Below, piece by piece: positions 45,801 to 50,301 of a stretch of 50,301 nucleotides of DNA. Under the pieces are notes generated by a model. That model saw only the letters and a list, made by a program, of their open reading frames with translations. It was not told the DNA's origin and searched no databases. The DNA is from Nemertoderma westbladi. Taxonomy: Eukaryota > Animalia > Xenacoelomorpha. Within the stretch, counting starts at the first letter, position 1. Every line of letters starts with the position of its first letter. The DNA lies in contig JAUCBJ010000076.1 of assembly GCA_032718475.1 (NCBI GenBank), forward strand, positions 1-50,301, given 5' to 3'. A program made the translations under genes and the position numbers.

Positions 45801-48800
45801 GTGGTGGAGCGAAGGGTGAGTGGAGTGGTGGAGCGAAGGGTGAGTGGAGTGGTGGAGCGAAGGGTGAGTGGAGTGGTGGAGCGAAGGGTGAGTGGAGTGG
45901 TGGAGCGACGGGTGAGTGGAATGGTGGAGCGAAGGGTGAGTGGAGTGGTGGAGGGAAGGGTGAGTGGAGTGGTGGAGCGAAGGGTGAGTGGAGTGGTGGA
46001 GCGAAGGGTGAGTGGAGTGGTGGAGCGAAGGGTGAGTGGAGTGGTGGAGCGAAGGGTGAGTGGAGTGGTGGAGCGAAGGGTGAGTGGAGTGGTGGAGCGA
46101 AGGGTGAGTGGAGTGGTGGAGCGAAGGGTGAGTGGAGTGGTGGAGCGAAGGGTGAGTGGAGTGGTGGAGCGAAGGGTGAGTGGAGTGGTGGAGCGAAGGG
46201 TGAGTGGAATGGTGGAGCGAAGGGTGAGTGGAGTGGTGGAGCGAAGGGTGAGTGGAGTGGTGGAGCGAAGGGTGAGTGGAGTGGTGGAGGGAAGGGTGAG
46301 TGGAGTGGTGGAGCGAAGGGTGAGTGGAGTGGTGGAGCGAAGGGTGAGTGGAGTGGTGGAGCGAAGGGTGAGTGGAGTGGTGGAGCGAAGGGTGAGTGGA
46401 GTGGTGGAGCGAAGGGTGAGTGGAGTGGTGGAGCGAAGGGTGAGTGGAGTGGTGGAGCGAAGGGTGAGTGGAGTGGTGGAGCGAAGGGTGAGTGGAGTGG
46501 TGGAGCGAAGGGTGAGTGGAGTGGTGGAGCGAAGGGTGAGTGGAGTGGTGGAGCGAAGGGTGAGTGGAGTGGTGGAGCGAAGGGTGAGTGGAGTGGTGGA
46601 GCGAAGGGTGAGTGGAGTGGTGGAGCGAAGGGTGAGTGGAGTGGTGGAGCGAAGGGTGAGTGGAGTGGTGGAGCGAAGGGTGAGTGGAGTGGTGGAGCGA
46701 AGGGTGAGTGGAGTGGTGGAGCGAAGGGTGAGTGGAGTGGTGGAGGGAAGGGTGAGTGGAGTGGTGGAGCGAAGGGTGAGTGGAGTGGTGGAGCGAAGGG
46801 TGAGTGGAGTGGTGGAGCGAAGGGTGAGTGGAGTGGTGGAGCGAAGGGTGAGTGGAGTGGTGGAGCGAAGGGTGAGTGGAGTGGTGGAGCGACGGGTGAG
46901 TGGAGTGGTGGAGCGAAGGGTGAGTGGAGTGGTGGAGCGAAGGGTGAGTGGAGTGGTGGAGCGAAGGGTGAGTGGAGTGGTGGAGCGACGGGTGAGTGGA
47001 GTGGTGGAGGGAAGGGTGAGTGGAGTGGTGGAGGGAAGGGTGAGTGGAGTGGTGGACCGATGGGTGAGTGGAGTGGTGGAGCGAAGGGTGAGTGGAGTGG
47101 TGGAGCGAAGGGTGAGTGGAGTGGTGGAGCGACGGGTGAGTGGAGTGGTGGAGGGAAGGGTGAGTGGAGTGGTGGAGCGAAGGGTGAGTGGAGTGGTGGA
47201 GCGAAGGGTGAGTGGAGTGGTGGAGCGAAGGGTGAGTGGAGTGGTGGAGCGAAGGGTGAGTGGAGTGGTGGAGGGAAGGGTGAGTGGAGTGGTGGAGCGA
47301 AGGGTGAGTGGAGTGGTGGAGCGAAGGGTGAGTGGAGTGGTGGACCGATGGGTGAGTGGAGTGGTGGAGCGAAGGGTGAGTGGAGTGGTGGAGCGAAGGG
47401 TGAGTGGAGTGGTGGAGCGACGGGTGAGTGGAATGGTGGAGCGAAGGGTGAGTGGAGTGGTGGAGCGAAGGGTGAGTGGAGTGGTGGAGCGAAGGGTGAG
47501 TGGAGTGGTGGAGGGAAGGGTGAGTGGAGTGGTGGAGCGAAGGGTGAGTGGAGTGGTGGAGCGAAGGGTGAGTGTAGTGGTGGAGCGAAGGGAAGGGTGA
47601 GTGGAGTGGTGGAGCGAAGGGTGAGTGGAGTGGTGGAGCGAAGGGTGAGTGGAGTGGTGGAGGAAGGGTGAGTGGAGTGGTGGAGCGAAGGGTGAGTGGA
47701 GTGGTGGAGCGAAGGGTGAGTGGAGTGGTGGAGCGAAGGGTGAGTGGAGTGGTGGAGCGAAGGGTGAGTGGAGTGGTGGAGCGAAGGGTGAGTGGAGTGG
47801 TGGAGCGAAGGGTGAGTGGAGTGGTGGAGCGAAGGGTGAGTGGAGTGGTGGAGCGAAGGGTGAGTGGAGTGGTGGAGCGAAGGGTGAGTGGAGTGGTGGA
47901 GCGAAGGGTGAGTGGAGTGGTGGAGCGAAGGGTGAGTGGAGTGGTGGAGCGAAGGGTGAGTGGAGTGGTGGAGCGAAGGGTGAGTGGAGTGGTGGAGCGA
48001 AGGGTGAGTGGAGTGGTGGACCGATGGGTGAGTGGAGTGGTGGAGCGAAGGGTGAGTGGAGTGGTGGACCGATGGGTGAGTGGAGTGGTGGAGCGAAGGG
48101 TGAGTGGAGTGGTGGAGCGAAGGGTGAGTGGAGTGGTGGAGCGAAGGGTGAGTGGAGTGGTGGACCGATGGGTGTGTGGAGTGGTGGACCGATGGGTGAG
48201 TGGAGTGGTGGAGCGAAGGGTGAGTGGAGTGGTGGAGCGAAGGGTGAGTGGAGTGGTGGAGCGAAGGGTGAGTGGAGTGGTGGAGCGAAGGGTGAGTGGA
48301 GTGGTGGAGCGAAGGGTGAGTGGAGTGGTGGAGGGAAGGGTGAGTGGAGTGGTGGAGCGAAGGGTGAGTGGAGTGGTGGAGCGAAGGGTGAGTGGAGTGG
48401 TGGAGCGAAGGGTGAGTGGAGTGGTGGAGCGAAGGGTGAGTGGAGTGGTGGAGCGAAGGGTGAGTGGAGTGGTGGAGCGAAGGGTGAGTGGAGTGGTGGA
48501 GCGAAGGGTGAGTGGAGTGGTGGAGCGAAGGGTGAGTGGAGTGGTGGAGCGAAGGGTGAGTGGAGTGGTGGAGCGAAGGGTGAGTGGAGTGGTGGAGCGA
48601 AGGGTGAGTGGAGTGGTGGAGCGAAGGGTGAGTGGAGTGGTGGAGCGAAGGGTGAGTGGAGTGGTGGAGCGAAGGGTGAGTGGAGTGGTGGAGCGAAGGG
48701 TGAGTGGAGTGGTGGAGCGAAGGGTGAGTGGAGTGGTGGAGCGAAGGGTGAGTGGAGTGGTGGAGCGAAGGGTGAGTGGAGTGGTGGAGCGAAGGGTGAG

Positions 48801-49520
48801 TGGAGTGGTGGAGCGAAGGGTGAGTGGAGTGGTGGAGCGAAGGGTGAGTGGAGTGGTGGAGCGAAGGGTGAGTGGAGTGGTGGAGCGAAGGGTGAGTGGA
48901 GTGGTGGAGCGAAGGGTGAGTGGAGTGGTGGAGCGAAGGGTGAGTGGAGTGGTGGAGCGAAGGGTGAGTGGAGTGGTGGAGCGAAGGGTGAGTGGAGTGG
49001 TGGAGCGAAGGGTGAGTGGAGTGGTGGAGCGAAGGGTGAGTGGAGTGGTGGAGCGAAGGGTGAGTGGAGTGGTGGAGCGAAGGGTGAGTGGAGTGGTGGA
49101 GCGAAGGGTGAGTGGAGTGGTGGAGCGAAGGGTGAGTGGAGTGGTGGAGCGAAGGGTGAGTGGAGTGGTGGAGCGAAGGGTGAGTGGAGTGGTGGAGCGA
49201 AGGGTGAGTGGAGTGGTGGAGCGAAGGGTGAGTGGAGTGGTGGAGCGAAGGGTGAGTGGAGTGGTGGAGCGAAGGGTGAGTGGAGTGGTGGAGCGAAGGG
49301 TGAGTGGAGTGGTGGAGCGAAGGGTGAGTGGAGTGGTGGAGCGAAGGGTGAGTGGAGTGGTGGAGCGAAGGGTGAGTGGAGTGGTGGAGCGAAGGGAAGT
49401 GGAGTGGTGGAGCGAAGGGTGAGTTGAGTGGTGGAGCGAAGGGTGAGTGAAGTGGTGGAGCGAAGGGTGAGTGGAGTGGTGGAGCGAAGGGTGAGTGGAG
49501 TGGTGGAGCGAAGGGTGAGT
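36813..49520. repeat. 24-bp G-rich satellite, ~12.7 kb (GGTGAGTGGAGTGGTGGAGCGAAG)
   Basis: Continuous tandem array of roughly 530 units; it produces the 8-aa repeat ORFs (GEWSGGAK, SGVVERRV, FAPPLHSP). Confidence 0.99.
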
Positions 49521-50301
49521 CCTTTGCTCCTATCTTGCCTCCTATCCGCACTTCCACCGATCAGACTCTTCCGTCCTCGTCAGGGTAAGTGTCTACCACT
49601 CTCGCTAGCCTCCACTGGTTGTTGATGATTGTGTCGACAGTTACGATCACCAAGTCACCTTTCTTCAACTCCCTAGTGGTGTTTCTCCACTTACTCCTCC
49701 TGTGTAATGTGGGTAGGTATTCCTCGACCCACCTCCTCCAATACTCGGCATTTATCGCCTTGGCGACTTTCCAACTCTGTTGGGAGTGTATGTCATCTGG
49801 GTCTACACCCCGCATGTCGATGGTCGCCGGCCTCTCCATCAGAAAGTGTCCCGGTGTTAGCACATCTAGTGATTCTGGGTCGTCATTCTCGGATATAGCG
49901 GTCTGCTATTGATGATTAGCTAGCACCGTTCTTAGTATGTCCTCTGTGACCATGTGGGTGTTCATCAACTTCGTCATGAGATGCTTAGAACTACCCACAA
50001 GTCTCTCTACACATCCTAGGGTATGTGACGCATACGGCGTCCTCCTTTCCCATTTCACCTGCCGCCTCCTCATGGCTGCCCTGACATCGTCTCCCTCTAG
50101 GATGTCAAGGACGTCTGCCAACTCGTTCTCCGCTCCCACGAAGTTGGTCCCGTTGTCTGAATAAATCACCGTGATTGTTCCACCTTTGCGGTCTCTAAAT
50201 CTCTCTAAGGCATTAATGAATGCCGATGCCATAGCGTCCTGCGCGGGTTCTATTCCTACCACCCTCGTGTTGTTGTATACGAAGATGATGCCGTAGCGTT
50301 C
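49521..50301 (-). mobile_element. Bel/Pao LTR retrotransposon pol fragment (integrase core + C-terminal DUF5641-type region), degenerate, continues past the window edge
   Basis: FINALERF, IYSDNGTNFVGA, GCVERLV, LTPGHFL, YWRRWVEEYLPTLHRRSKW, LKKGDLVIV, WRLARVVDTYPDEDGRV. In-frame stops are present, and the sequence is cut off at the satellite junction. Confidence 0.93.

Noticed and set aside
36813-49520. Telomeric repeat
   Set aside because: G-rich, but the 24-bp unit contains no TTAGGG or TTAGG motif and is flanked on both sides by ordinary sequence.
36767-49625. Giant ORFs up to 4257 aa (HSPFAPPL, STTPLTLR, GEWSGGAK repeats) resembling mucins or extensins
   Set aside because: The 24-bp unit lacks stops in most frames, so ORFs appear on both strands and switch repeat type at indels. 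Variation is not codon-constrained, so these are satellite artefacts.

Overview
This is repeat-dominated eukaryotic DNA, most likely from an invertebrate animal, with no prokaryotic genes, rRNA or CRISPR. About half the window is two large satellites: a 41-bp (17+24) array at ~13.4-26.4 kb and a G-rich 24-bp array at ~36.8-49.5 kb. The giant ORFs in the ORF track are artefacts of these and other tandem repeats. The rest is mostly decayed mobile DNA: a tRNA-derived SINE with an internal 36-bp minisatellite and an 11-bp TSD, two RTE-clade LINE remnants, two head-to-head CRE-clade (RT + restriction-like endonuclease) retrotransposons, MITE-like foldback elements and a Bel/Pao integrase fragment at the right edge. 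One convincing host coding exon lies at 10336-10458 (+; MPKKDKEKKDKK...YTVYGEE|GTAAGT). The most unusual structure follows from it. The exon end plus its splice donor has been tandemly amplified into a 37/26-bp satellite that now lies in four blocks over ~23 kb. Every interruption of that satellite (a full-length CRE copy, a 5'-truncated CRE copy, a poly(A)-only footprint with a 13-bp TSD, and a 16-kb composite block) falls at nearly the same position in the unit (CAAGTA^TAGT). This suggests a sequence-targeted retrotransposon using a splice-donor-derived satellite as its landing pad. Family assignments are by motif recognition only; no searches were run.
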